Shown in pieces: positions 1 to 9,033 of a stretch of 64,000 nucleotides of DNA. Each line of letters starts with the position of its first letter. Position 1 is the first letter of the stretch. The position numbers were made by a program, and so were the translations under genes. Below the pieces are notes generated by a model. That model was not told the origin of the DNA and did no database searches. It saw nothing but the letters and a program-made list of their open reading frames with translations. This stretch comes from Cyanophora paradoxa CCMP329 (Eukaryota; Plantae; Glaucophyta): positions 62,001-126,000 of the forward strand of contig QPMI01000174.1 of the NCBI GenBank assembly GCA_004431415.1, given 5' to 3'.

Positions 1-464
1 TCATTCATACCTGGGCAATATGTCCTAATTCGTGTGTTTTCATCATCGGGGTTTGGTTGGTCATTTACAATTATAGGCGCTCCAACGATTCCACCAACTC
101 TCAAACCATCACCAATGTAAGCGCCTCCCGATCTACATTTAATCGCTCCGTTTCTCGATTCATAAGCAAAGTTTGTAACCTTGTTATCATCATTGTAACT
201 ATCGGGATTTCCATAAAAAGCGTTAAAGTTTGCATTTGTTACAAGGAGTTTTGTAGTTTTCACAACTCCATTATTTTTGTCACATCTTAACTCTTTCAGT
301 CGCAATTTATGCGTATCACCAAAAGTATTAAGAGTAGGTGCAAGTTCGGTAGATTCGAGACCATCGACATTATCGATAACGGCGTGTTGTAATACGTGAT
401 TTGCCGGCGCCGCTAATGAAAGTTGCGCTGTTAAGATGCGTTCAGGTGGAGCAGGTGCCGCCAT
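1..464 (-). CDS. B homologue of A 33532-34377 (putative fibre-associated protein); runs off the window, 1-bp frameshift near 215
   Basis: Translates MAAPAPPERILTAQLSLAAPANHVLQHAVIDNVDGLESTELAPTLNTFGDTH, near-identical to the A protein. Absent from the ORF track. Confidence 0.8.
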   Translation of the reverse strand, partial: MAAPAPPERILTAQLSLAAPANHVLQHAVIDNVDGLESTELAPTLNTFGDTHKLRLKELRCDKNNGVVKTTKLLVTNANFNAFYGNPDSYNDDNKVTNFAYESRNGAIKCRSGGAYIGDGLRVGGIVGAPIIVNDQPNPDDENTRIRTYCPGMN

Positions 465-483
465 TTAATATATTAAAACATAA

Positions 484-1326
484 TTATGGTGTGGGATCAC
501 CTGGGAACGGATCATCGTAGAAGTTATTTAAATTGTTATCGGGATTGAGACCACGTGTAGCCGCCACAGCGGCTGGATCTGTTCGCATTCCGAAAATGAG
601 AATATCGTAACCTCCTACTTCTGTCGTCCAAACATTAAACGTTGCGGGGTTCTGGTTGTCAAATTCCACCCAACCTCTACCACGTCCGATTCCTTGAACA
701 AAGAACGTATAAGCGGGTCCGATAATACCATTTTGTGAACGACATATAGACTCAATAGATTTAGGAATAGCAATATTTGGTAGTAACCAATTTCCCATAA
801 TTCCATCGGGTTGTGTTGCATTTACGTTATCTACCGCAACTCTAACCATTCCAAACACGTAAGGATAGTCTCCACATGGAGTGTACATACGGATACGTTG
901 CGGATTGCCCGCATGCTCAGGTAGAGTATCGGGAATATCGGTAACAGCAACGGAGGATGCAAGCATACCCGACACACGACAACCACCGCCAATAACAGCG
1001 CCTCCCGATCGGACAACAGCGGCGGCTCGTTCTCCGTCAAAATCTAACGTTCTAATATCCACACCCCATGCATCAGGTTGCCCGATACCCGCGTTAAAAT
1101 TCGCATTTGTTACAAGAAGTTGAGTCGTTTTAACCACTCCCGAATTCTTGTCGGCGCGTAGTTCTTTAACACGTATCATACTGTTTTTATCAAATGCATT
1201 CGCGGAATTAGCCCGCTCCGTAGATTCAACACCGCGGATTTCGTCGGCTACTTCGTGTTGTCGAAAGTGAACCGCGGGCGCACCCAATGCGTAAACGGGC
1301 AATTGCACACGATTGTATTCACCCAT
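484..1326 (-). CDS. Putative fibre-associated structural protein (B), homologue of A 32667-33512
   Basis: Shares the MGEYNRVQLPVYALGAPA...KELRADKNSGVVKTTQLLVTNANF N-terminus with A; C-terminus divergent. Confidence 0.8.
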   Translation of the reverse strand: MGEYNRVQLPVYALGAPAVHFRQHEVADEIRGVESTERANSANAFDKNSMIRVKELRADKNSGVVKTTQLLVTNANFNAGIGQPDAWGVDIRTLDFDGERAAAVVRSGGAVIGGGCRVSGMLASSVAVTDIPDTLPEHAGNPQRIRMYTPCGDYPYVFGMVRVAVDNVNATQPDGIMGNWLLPNIAIPKSIESICRSQNGIIGPAYTFFVQGIGRGRGWVEFDNQNPATFNVWTTEVGGYDILIFGMRTDPAAVAATRGLNPDNNLNNFYDDPFPGDPTP

Positions 1327-1362
1327 TGCTTCTTTTACTAAGAAGGAAAGAAAAATAAACCA

Positions 1363-1671
1363 TTAAGCCAATGTGATAAGATTAGATCCAAGAGATTGGT
1401 AAGCGGTCGTTAGACATTGGATATTTGATGTCATCGCTTTAAGGTTTGAATCACATTCGCCATAACGTGTTACGGGATCACCATAAGCCGATTGCGCAAG
1501 GACATTAACCAAGAGGTTTTTATATTCATGAACAACTGGGGACAGTTTGTTAGTTTGTTGTATCGTTTTTTCGACAGTTTGTAGTGCGGCTACAAGTTTG
1601 ATAGTATCAAAAGCGAGAGCGACAGGCTCAGAAGTAGTAGAAGGAGATCCACCAAGTGGATAGGTCGCCAT
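1363..1671 (-). CDS. Hypothetical 102-aa protein, B-specific
   Basis: Tightly packed, co-oriented ORF between the fibre gene and 484-1326. Confidence 0.6.
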   Translation of the reverse strand: MATYPLGGSPSTTSEPVALAFDTIKLVAALQTVEKTIQQTNKLSPVVHEYKNLLVNVLAQSAYGDPVTRYGECDSNLKAMTSNIQCLTTAYQSLGSNLITLA

Positions 1672-1674
1672 TTA

Positions 1675-2894
1675 TTATACTGTGACATTTTTAATTTGGT
1701 CTATTTGATCTTGTAGACCCTTGCATTTCTTAGATAATTCTTTAACGGCTTCTATGAGAACAGGAATTAAACCCGTGTATTCGAGAGAAAGGTAGCCATC
1801 ATCTTTTTTAACATTAACTACCTCTGGTATTACCTTTTGAACATCTTGTGCAATTAAACCTAATCTCGTTCCATCTTTTTCGCTTCCAATTCGTTTAAAA
1901 CTCACTCCTTCTAATTTCCCAATCGCTGAAAGAGCGCCGGTTATCTTTTTAATATCGGTTTTGTATCTTATGTCACTTCCTTGTGTTAAATAACCTCCAA
2001 TCCACATCCATCCTCCATGATACATGTAACAAATATCAGTATCTTGTTCGTTTCGGAATACAAGAGGAATATCTCCCCCTCCTTTCAAATATGTAGAAGT
2101 TTGGTTACCGAAATGGATACGATTATATCCATCACTTGAACTAAACCAAGTCCCCACAGATCCTGTTAAGATATTTGGTTTACTATAAACGTTATTCCAA
2201 TGAATATAGCCGGTGTGACCACCATAACTATTTCCTACCCAAATTTTCATGTAACTAATACCCATAATATGAACTCTTCCAATCTTTGGTCTAATCCGAA
2301 TAGTGAGGAATCTATTTCCAAGATGTATTGGAACATTATTTAAACCACTGTGGTTACCATCAGGCGATGTGGCGTATGGTTGATAACTATTCACTGATGT
2401 AATAAAAACTTCATTCCCTTGTCTATTAACTCCCCAAATTTCAAAAAGTCGTGAGTTAGTCCAAGGTAAATAGGTTAAAAATGCTGTTCCTGTGTGGTAT
2501 CCATCGGGTATATCGAAGTCAATCCAAGCGGTAGAAGTTTCGTCATCAGATTGATTATTATGGACATATGAACCATAATTATAATATGGATCCCATGCTG
2601 TACTCCATGCCCATGTCCAACCCTCAGAACATCTATTAAATGCAATACCTCCTACTGTTTTATCTGCTGTGTGAAACTTTGGGACATCATTACCGTTTAT
2701 TTGGAGTTTGGTAGTAGCATTAATAGTGGGTGCTGTAATAGTGTTATTCACCCAAAAGTTACCATTACCATATGATTTTAAAATTGCTGCATTCGCTGAG
2801 TTTCTAAATTCGACAGATACACCATCGCCATTTTCATAGCCTCGAATATATGTAGTTTGACCATTTCCAAACCAAATTCGCTCGACTGCATCTA
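1675..2894 (-). pseudogene. 3' part of B fibre gene, with C-terminal peptidase S74 intramolecular chaperone domain; separated from its 5' part by element A
   Basis: SDIRYKTDIK...GLIAQDVQKVIPEVV...LEYTGLIPVLIEAVKEL is the S74 pattern. The frame is open up to the TSD. Confidence 0.85.
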
Positions 2895-2900
2895 CTGATT
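2895..2900 (+). repeat. Left target-site duplication CTGATT of element A
   Basis: Same hexamer at 34563-34568, directly outside the right terminus. Confidence 0.92.
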
Positions 2901-3052
2901 ACACATAGGGATACCCCTGTTCCAAGCCCTCCGGCCTTCGGCCTACAGGCTTGGAACAGGGGTATCCCTATGTGTGCGCGTTTTAGGCACTAAGGTAGTA
3001 AGCATTTCTTTTAGGTCTTAGGGTATTAATTACGTCTTTTGGGTACCAGCAG
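2901..3052 (+). repeat. Left TIR; 2901-2975 is a hairpin (28-bp perfect stem, 19-nt loop)
   Basis: acacatagggatacccctgttccaagcc / ggcttggaacaggggtatccctatgtgt. The inner TIR matches the reverse complement of 34409-34487 imperfectly. Confidence 0.92.
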
Positions 3053-3067
3053 GGAGTGGGTAGACAT

Positions 3068-3163
3068 GGTAGAGGGTTGTTTGTAAACTTTCTAAGGGAA
3101 ATCTCTTCTCGCGGGAATTTTTACATATAACCCTCTACCCTCTCTACCCTCTCTACCCTCTCT
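3068..3163. repeat. Subterminal CTACCCTCT x3 repeats with an inverted copy (ggtagagggtt)
   Basis: Read directly from the sequence. Confidence 0.6.
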
Positions 3164-3564
3164 CATCCATGTTCAAACCTCCTCTTCTCATGGTGTAATC
3201 TCTTTTTGATCACTGCCCCAAATCCAACAGCATATTTGTTTATCTCCTCCTCCAGCTCAAAAGCAATTAAACTTGTATTCCTTTCTGCCTGTTTTCCACA
3301 GCTGAATATATCTATTGCTAACATGCCTTGATCACTGTAGCAATGAGCAGAGCAATGGCTTTCATCTAATAATAATACTTGGGCAAATCCAGGGGGTGAT
3401 TTGGTGCCATCAAAAATCTCAGCATGTTTGTGGACAACCTGTATTCCATATTTCTTGATGATGTCTTCACTGACAGTCATGAGCCATTTAGAGAGCCCCA
3501 CATGGTCGCTAATTGGTTGGCTGAATTGGAAATCAAGCATCACATGGTAACCTTTGGCAAGCAT
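3163..3564 (-). CDS. speD: Prokaryotic-type pyruvoyl-dependent S-adenosylmethionine decarboxylase-like proenzyme
   Basis: GxH start motif, PPGFAQVLLLDESHCSAHCY (ESH autocleavage site) and AIDIFSCG; ~130 aa. Confidence 0.8.
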   Translation of the reverse strand: MLAKGYHVMLDFQFSQPISDHVGLSKWLMTVSEDIIKKYGIQVVHKHAEIFDGTKSPPGFAQVLLLDESHCSAHCYSDQGMLAIDIFSCGKQAERNTSLIAFELEEEINKYAVGFGAVIKKRLHHEKRRFEHG

Positions 3565-3611
3565 TTTGAATACCAATAGCTAAGAAAAAACAATAATGTG
3601 GAACAGATGTG

Positions 3612-4982
3612 TCATCCTGCCCTCCTCCTTGATCTCGTGGAAATTGCTGGAGCTTCATAGGTCTCCTTTGAATTTGAGAAATCTCTATACCACCTTACTG
3701 CCTCTGCTCCCCCTGCTAATCTCTCTGTCCCTGCCACCCTCAATCTTTCCAACTCTCTCCCTTGTTTCTTCTTCTTCCCTGCTCTGTCCTCCAATAAAGG
3801 TTTATCCGGCACATTTGGAGCCCTCTCAATCCCCTCTCTGGCCAACAGTCGCTCTGTTCTGGCCTCTTTCTTTGCCTCTTCAATGACATTTATTGATGGG
3901 GCTTCCAGAAACTCCACGGTTTCCACTTTCTGTAATTCGTAGTGGGCATAAAGTCGATCTATTAGTTTGCCAGAAATGTCCCTTAGTTTAAATTTGAACC
4001 CCTCCACTCCTTCTATTGTGAATATTTCGCGGCTCCAATTATTCCCTTGTTTGGCAAATGGGCTCTTCTCTATTTTAGTTCTCACGTGGCTCCCTGCTGG
4101 ATAGTCTTTTAGATATTCAATTGACTTCATGAATTTCTCGTTTTCTTTTCCGAGTATTAGAGGAACATGTACCTCTGTGGTCTCTGCTGGTTTCATCCCC
4201 GTTGCTGAGTGGATGGTATTATTGTAGTTGTAGGCAAAATCTTGGAGCTTGTCGAAAAACTTTACAGTATTATTCGCTATACAATACGAGTTAATTAGCT
4301 TCTTTATTGTGCGATTAAAGGCTTCTATTCGGCCTTGGCTATTGTGATCTCCAACCTGCGAAACTTGGTGCTCAATCATCTGGGTTTCTAAATGGTCTTT
4401 AAATACCTTGTTCAGGAATTCGCTCCCAGCATCACTTTGTATCTTCACAATTGGACGAGGGACTTGTTGCTCAAGCTCCTTAAATGCGTTCAATGTGCTT
4501 TCTGCTGTCTTTCCCCTCATGGGAATTATAAAGCCCAGTCTGGTGGTATTTTCTACAGCTGTGAGGAACGTGTTGTAGCCTTGATTCTGTTTGCTGTACG
4601 AAGGATAAAAGATTAGGTCTATGGCATAGCAGTCGAGTGGCTGTCTTATTGGGATATAGGCAGTCTTCTTGGCAGATGGGAGGGGTTTATTTATCTGGTT
4701 GATTTCTTGGGCATCATAGAATCTACGGATTGTCTTTCTTGGCACATCTGGAAGCTCTTTGGCCAATGAAGCAAGGCCTTTAAATCCTACCTTGGTGTCA
4801 TAGAATGTCCTTGCTAAGGGATCCAAGTGAGGCACAGCAATGGCAGTTGGGATATCCGCAGGAACTAAAGCTTTGAGGTCACTCTTTTTCTGAATGCGAC
4901 CCCCTCTCTCCTCTTGAGGGATTGGGATTGGCAATATACTCACATCGTACTCTGTTTGTCTGCGTGTGATCTTTGATGACAT
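3612..4982 (-). CDS. Retroviral-like (rve) DDE integrase, Polinton type
   Basis: AIDLIF, IQSDAGSEF, GRIEAFNRTIK, YNNTIHSATGMKP, WSREIFTI. Confidence 0.92.
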   Translation of the reverse strand: MSSKITRRQTEYDVSILPIPIPQEERGGRIQKKSDLKALVPADIPTAIAVPHLDPLARTFYDTKVGFKGLASLAKELPDVPRKTIRRFYDAQEINQINKPLPSAKKTAYIPIRQPLDCYAIDLIFYPSYSKQNQGYNTFLTAVENTTRLGFIIPMRGKTAESTLNAFKELEQQVPRPIVKIQSDAGSEFLNKVFKDHLETQMIEHQVSQVGDHNSQGRIEAFNRTIKKLINSYCIANNTVKFFDKLQDFAYNYNNTIHSATGMKPAETTEVHVPLILGKENEKFMKSIEYLKDYPAGSHVRTKIEKSPFAKQGNNWSREIFTIEGVEGFKFKLRDISGKLIDRLYAHYELQKVETVEFLEAPSINVIEEAKKEARTERLLAREGIERAPNVPDKPLLEDRAGKKKKQGRELERLRVAGTERLAGGAEAVRWYRDFSNSKETYEAPAISTRSRRRAG

Positions 4983-4993
4983 CTATATTGGGA

Positions 4994-7900
4994 TTAGAAA
5001 GCAATCTTGGACATCTTCACATTAAACGTCTCATTATCAAGCTTCTTTTGAACAGTCATCTCGATTTGCTTGGGTTTTTGGTGGAGCACATGGTCTTTAT
5101 AATCTTGGAAAGACAGATCTGCTTGAATGGTCTCCTTACAAACACCTGCCAGCTTTTTTATTTCCTCATCATCTGTTTTAATGCTGTAGCATTTCGGCCT
5201 TACCCCAGCATATTCAATAATGGTTCTGCCCTCAAACTCATTTTTGAACTTTCCAAGCTCTGTGGGGTGTGTGTCAATGTCTTGTAGGTCTTTTGCTATA
5301 GTTTTCGAATTTATTTGAAGGCAAAGCGAATCTGTATCAGTAAAAAGCAGTTTACAGTCTGGCCATTTCCGCTTGATGGTGTTATAATAATAATCAAATA
5401 GGCGCAGCTTGGCAAGATCTAAAACAACTGCCCCAATTGCTATGGGCTTATCTAACTTGACATCTTTTTGTAGCATTTCGAAGGCTACTGCTGAATCGCT
5501 TAGTCTTGTTTCTGCTTTGAGTAGGGGCGATCTGGCGTATTTCATAAATTGCTTTTCGTTGGTGGCAATCTTGACATTAGACCTTCCTCTCACTTTCTCA
5601 ATGGTTTTGCCAAAAAGGCTATTGTTCATGATCTTAAAGAAGTCCTTTTCGGGTTTGGAAGGGGCTGCTTTGCGGTTTTGGGCATTGGATTCGACGTAAG
5701 GCTTCATAAAGGCAGCCTGAGTAAATGTTAGCACCCTGTGGATTTTGGTGACCTTTAAGCCTTGCGCTACCATGAATTGGAGCAAAGGTTTCGACACCAC
5801 ATAATTACAAATGTCTTCGCAGGCTGCTTGAAGTCCATCCTCTGCTCTCTTGATGACAAGAGGTAGCTCTTTGTGGAGTTGATGGAGGTGCTGGGGATAA
5901 TGGATGTCAACTTCTAAGATGGCCCCTCTGCTGATGACAGGTCGTAATTTGAGGGTTCTGGGTGCCATTGGAAATTCGAGAGGGGTAGCGTTTGGGACAG
6001 GGCATATCCATATAGGTTATTGGCATCCAAATATATAATGTGTCTGTCCCTTTCCTTTTTGGCATATTTATGATTCATAATCGAAAGGCCTCCCTGATCA
6101 TGCCTTCAACCATGTTGTACATATCAAGGTTGGAAAGAAGCTCGATTTTAGGCTTGGTAATAGATAGCATGCTGTCCCACGAAAGCCCCGGACTTGAGAC
6201 ATAGTGGGCAGCATCCATCCCAAAAGTTTTGTGTGATTTCTGGCGGAAAAGCTGGAACTTTTCCATTAATCCTTCCACGTTCTGGACGCCATAATCAATA
6301 AAGTTTTTGATGTCAATGAATTTGAAACAGCCCCAGGTGATCGACATGTAGCTGTCAAACGATTTTGCGAGGACTTCCACCCTTTTTTCGGGATTTAAGG
6401 CGACTGCCTTGAATATCTGCGTTCCAGATAGGGACAGATCATTGGTCACTATGGGAATCTTGGTGAGATTGCTGGTGCGTCTGTGGAGATTACATTTGCG
6501 ACATGCTGTGCCTACAAAATCGCCAGTTTGGTGGTCGTGATCCCTCACTTTATAGTTGTCTTGGGAAAACGTACCCTCACAGATGTAGCAGGTTTTAGCA
6601 AGGTAATGGGTACGTTTCTGCTCTTTGGTCAGTGACATTGGGATGTTGGTAAATAGGGCTTTGAATAGCTCTGGGGCTGTGCTGTCGAGGGTACTCAGGA
6701 GCTCAAAGATGTTGGAGTGGGTTTTAGTGAGTACTACTCTATTATTATGAAGAGCTGTCAGTGAGATTGATTTGATCTTGAACATACCAGAAATATCTGT
6801 TTCATAATCGAAATAGCAATAGGCAATCACGGGGAGGAATACAGTCTTTGAGAGATGTTTAAGACCAAATTCAATGAATGTGGGTTGTTTTGGGGTCTCT
6901 CCAGCACTTGTCTTCCAATCCACACAACGTTTGCTTTGAATGTGGGATTGAAGCTTCTCCTCAGTCTTGAAGTGGTTGGAACAGGTTTTACAGAAATGGA
7001 GTCGCTGCTTATCATTTTTAGCTAAGACTCTGGACATGCTGAATATTGTGGTATAATGACTGTTACCATTTTCGTCTGTAATTAGCAGCAGATCCACTTG
7101 GTGTTTCCTGTTCCTTGAGGAGCTGTTGTGGAGTAGATTAATTTCTTCTGTAGAGTTAGAGGGGTCGTAAATATTAACAGAGATTGCTGGATTGAGATTT
7201 TCAAAGAGATCAATAGTATCAGCATCTGCCTTTACAGGAAACTCAATGCCCTCGAAATTTAGTTCTTTTTTGAACCACCTCCTGTATTGGGAAGTCTCAT
7301 TGCGCTTGTGGCTATTTACTTCGTCCTTGTGAATATAAGAAAGGATAGCATACTCAAAGCATCTATTGTCCTTGTTATTAACATTGACAATGGCTCGTTT
7401 ATTTTTGAGCCACTCTGGGAGTGGGATAAAAGCACCTCCTGAGATGGGTTTAAAGGACAGAACAATCACTCTCAAAGCCTCAATGCTTTGGAGTTTATAG
7501 CTGTCTGTGACATTAATTTGCGACTGGCATTCCTTAGCCAATTTCGCAGTTTCTTTAGTGAGGGTTCGAGATCTTGTCATGATAGCATAGGTGCTGTAAA
7601 TGTGCTTGGTAATAAAGTCTCTCGAATTGTTTGCTTTTGAAAAGCGACAGACAAACGTAAAGCGAGTTTTAATCGACATCTGTGAATTGATGGCATCTTG
7701 GAGCCTTGTGTGGAGTTCCTCAGAGTAGGTGTCTATAAACTCTTGAGTGGTCAGGATCTGGTGGTGAGCCCTGATGGTAAAATCAATGTATTTATTATTA
7801 AGAGCACGATGTTCATTTATTAAGGTAGTGTATTCATCTCCTCTGACTTGAGTTGTGGTAGTTTGTTCGACTTGGATTTGGCCAAGGCGATCAGTCTCAT

Positions 7901-8087
7901 CAAGGGTCTCGATTTTCCCTAATAGCTCTCGATTGAGAGCTTGAAGCCCCTTGAGCTTCTTGTTGGTCTGTTTAATATAAGATTCATATTCACTTTCACT
8001 GATGGAGTGATTGGCCAGTAAGAACGCCAGATTCCCGAGAATCTTGTCCTGGAGCTCCTTAATTTGGTAGTGGCTGGGGCGGGGCAT
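4994..8087 (-). pseudogene. Protein-primed family B DNA polymerase (A), split by frameshifts near 5970-6090
   Basis: YLDANNLYGYA read at ~6001-6040; KIMNNSLFGK, FTDTDSL, RPKCYS; endonuclease VII-like CYIC...RDHDH.TG...ACRKCN; vOTU-like DNRCF/SHY. Collinear with B 42448-45729. Confidence 0.88.
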
Positions 8088-8192
8088 GGTTGTGGGGGCT
8101 GTATTCTATATAGGGAACATTTTATTTCTTTAAGTGCTGGTATAGTTACTACTTAAAGATTATTTTCTCTACTATATTCAAAGGAGATCAAG

Positions 8193-8549
8193 ATGATTGT
8201 CACAATGGATGCTCGAATTCTCACGATTGACACCACTGAAGTGGCTGCTGTCCAATCCAAGAATGAGGAGGCTATTAAACAAGCTGTCTCACGATGTATC
8301 ATGGAGGGCACTGACCAGTCAATAGCTGAAGTTGCCCGTCTGGCTCTTAGTCACAAGGTGCTTTACAGAATCCCTGAAGGTAAAAACAAGGACTATGGTA
8401 TTTTCGGGTTGGTAACTCCTCTACATGGCAGTATGGTGAAGGGTCAAATCCAATTATCAAACTCTTGTGGAGTGATGTCAAGAATATCTTTGTTCAAAAG
8501 AGCAAAGAGCTCAGAAACTCATTATTTAAACATGCTTCTGGGGACATAA
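8193..8549 (+). CDS. Hypothetical protein, possibly a remnant
   Basis: Preceded by the element's AT-rich upstream motif; no family recognised. Confidence 0.35.
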   Translation: MIVTMDARILTIDTTEVAAVQSKNEEAIKQAVSRCIMEGTDQSIAEVARLALSHKVLYRIPEGKNKDYGIFGLVTPLHGSMVKGQIQLSNSCGVMSRISLFKRAKSSETHYLNMLLGT

Positions 8550-8743
8550 ATTTCTGTGATTTGGGGAGGTTCATTGGATTAATCAGATGATTACTCAATG
8601 TGGCAAGATTGAGAAGAGGCTGAGTAACTGGGTGCCCACCAAAAAATAGTACGCGCATGTAAGCTATCCCTCCAACGTTTTGAAGAGTGAAATCTACTTA
8701 AAAAGAAATCTCAACTATACTATAAGAGGAAACGCATCAAGCA

Positions 8744-8935
8744 ATGGCATACACAAAGCAAATGAGATACATCCAACGCAGGATTCAAAATGACCCAGAG
8801 TTTCGAGAGCTTCACAAGAAATATGTAAGGGTTAGTACGTACAGAGCAGGCGCTTTATTGTGTATCAGGTATTTGTTTGAAGAGGCTGTTCCTGACCGGA
8901 GGGGGCGGCCAAGGAAGCGAAATCCCTATGTATGA
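8744..8935 (+). CDS. Small basic protein with C-terminal AT-hook-like RRGRPRK
   Basis: DPEFRE...RGRPRK resembles 48463-48699 and 13442-13671. Confidence 0.65.
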   Translation: MAYTKQMRYIQRRIQNDPEFRELHKKYVRVSTYRAGALLCIRYLFEEAVPDRRGRPRKRNPYV

Positions 8936-9033
8936 GGGTGGGGGGTCCGAAAAAATTGATTGGAGTTACTCCTTTTTCTGAAAAGTACTTAAGGGTATAG
9001 TTCACTGAAATAATTATCTCACCCTATTATAGA

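Larger units (their letters stand above)
1..2900 (-). mobile_element. Left part of outer Polinton-like virus (element B)
   Basis: Genes here are homologous to A's right-end genes. The ORF at 1675-2894 continues in frame the ORF interrupted at 34563. Confidence 0.85.

Noticed and set aside
5960-6090. Programmed frameshift or split PolB
   Set aside because: B's orthologue is continuous, and similar indels are scattered throughout the window.
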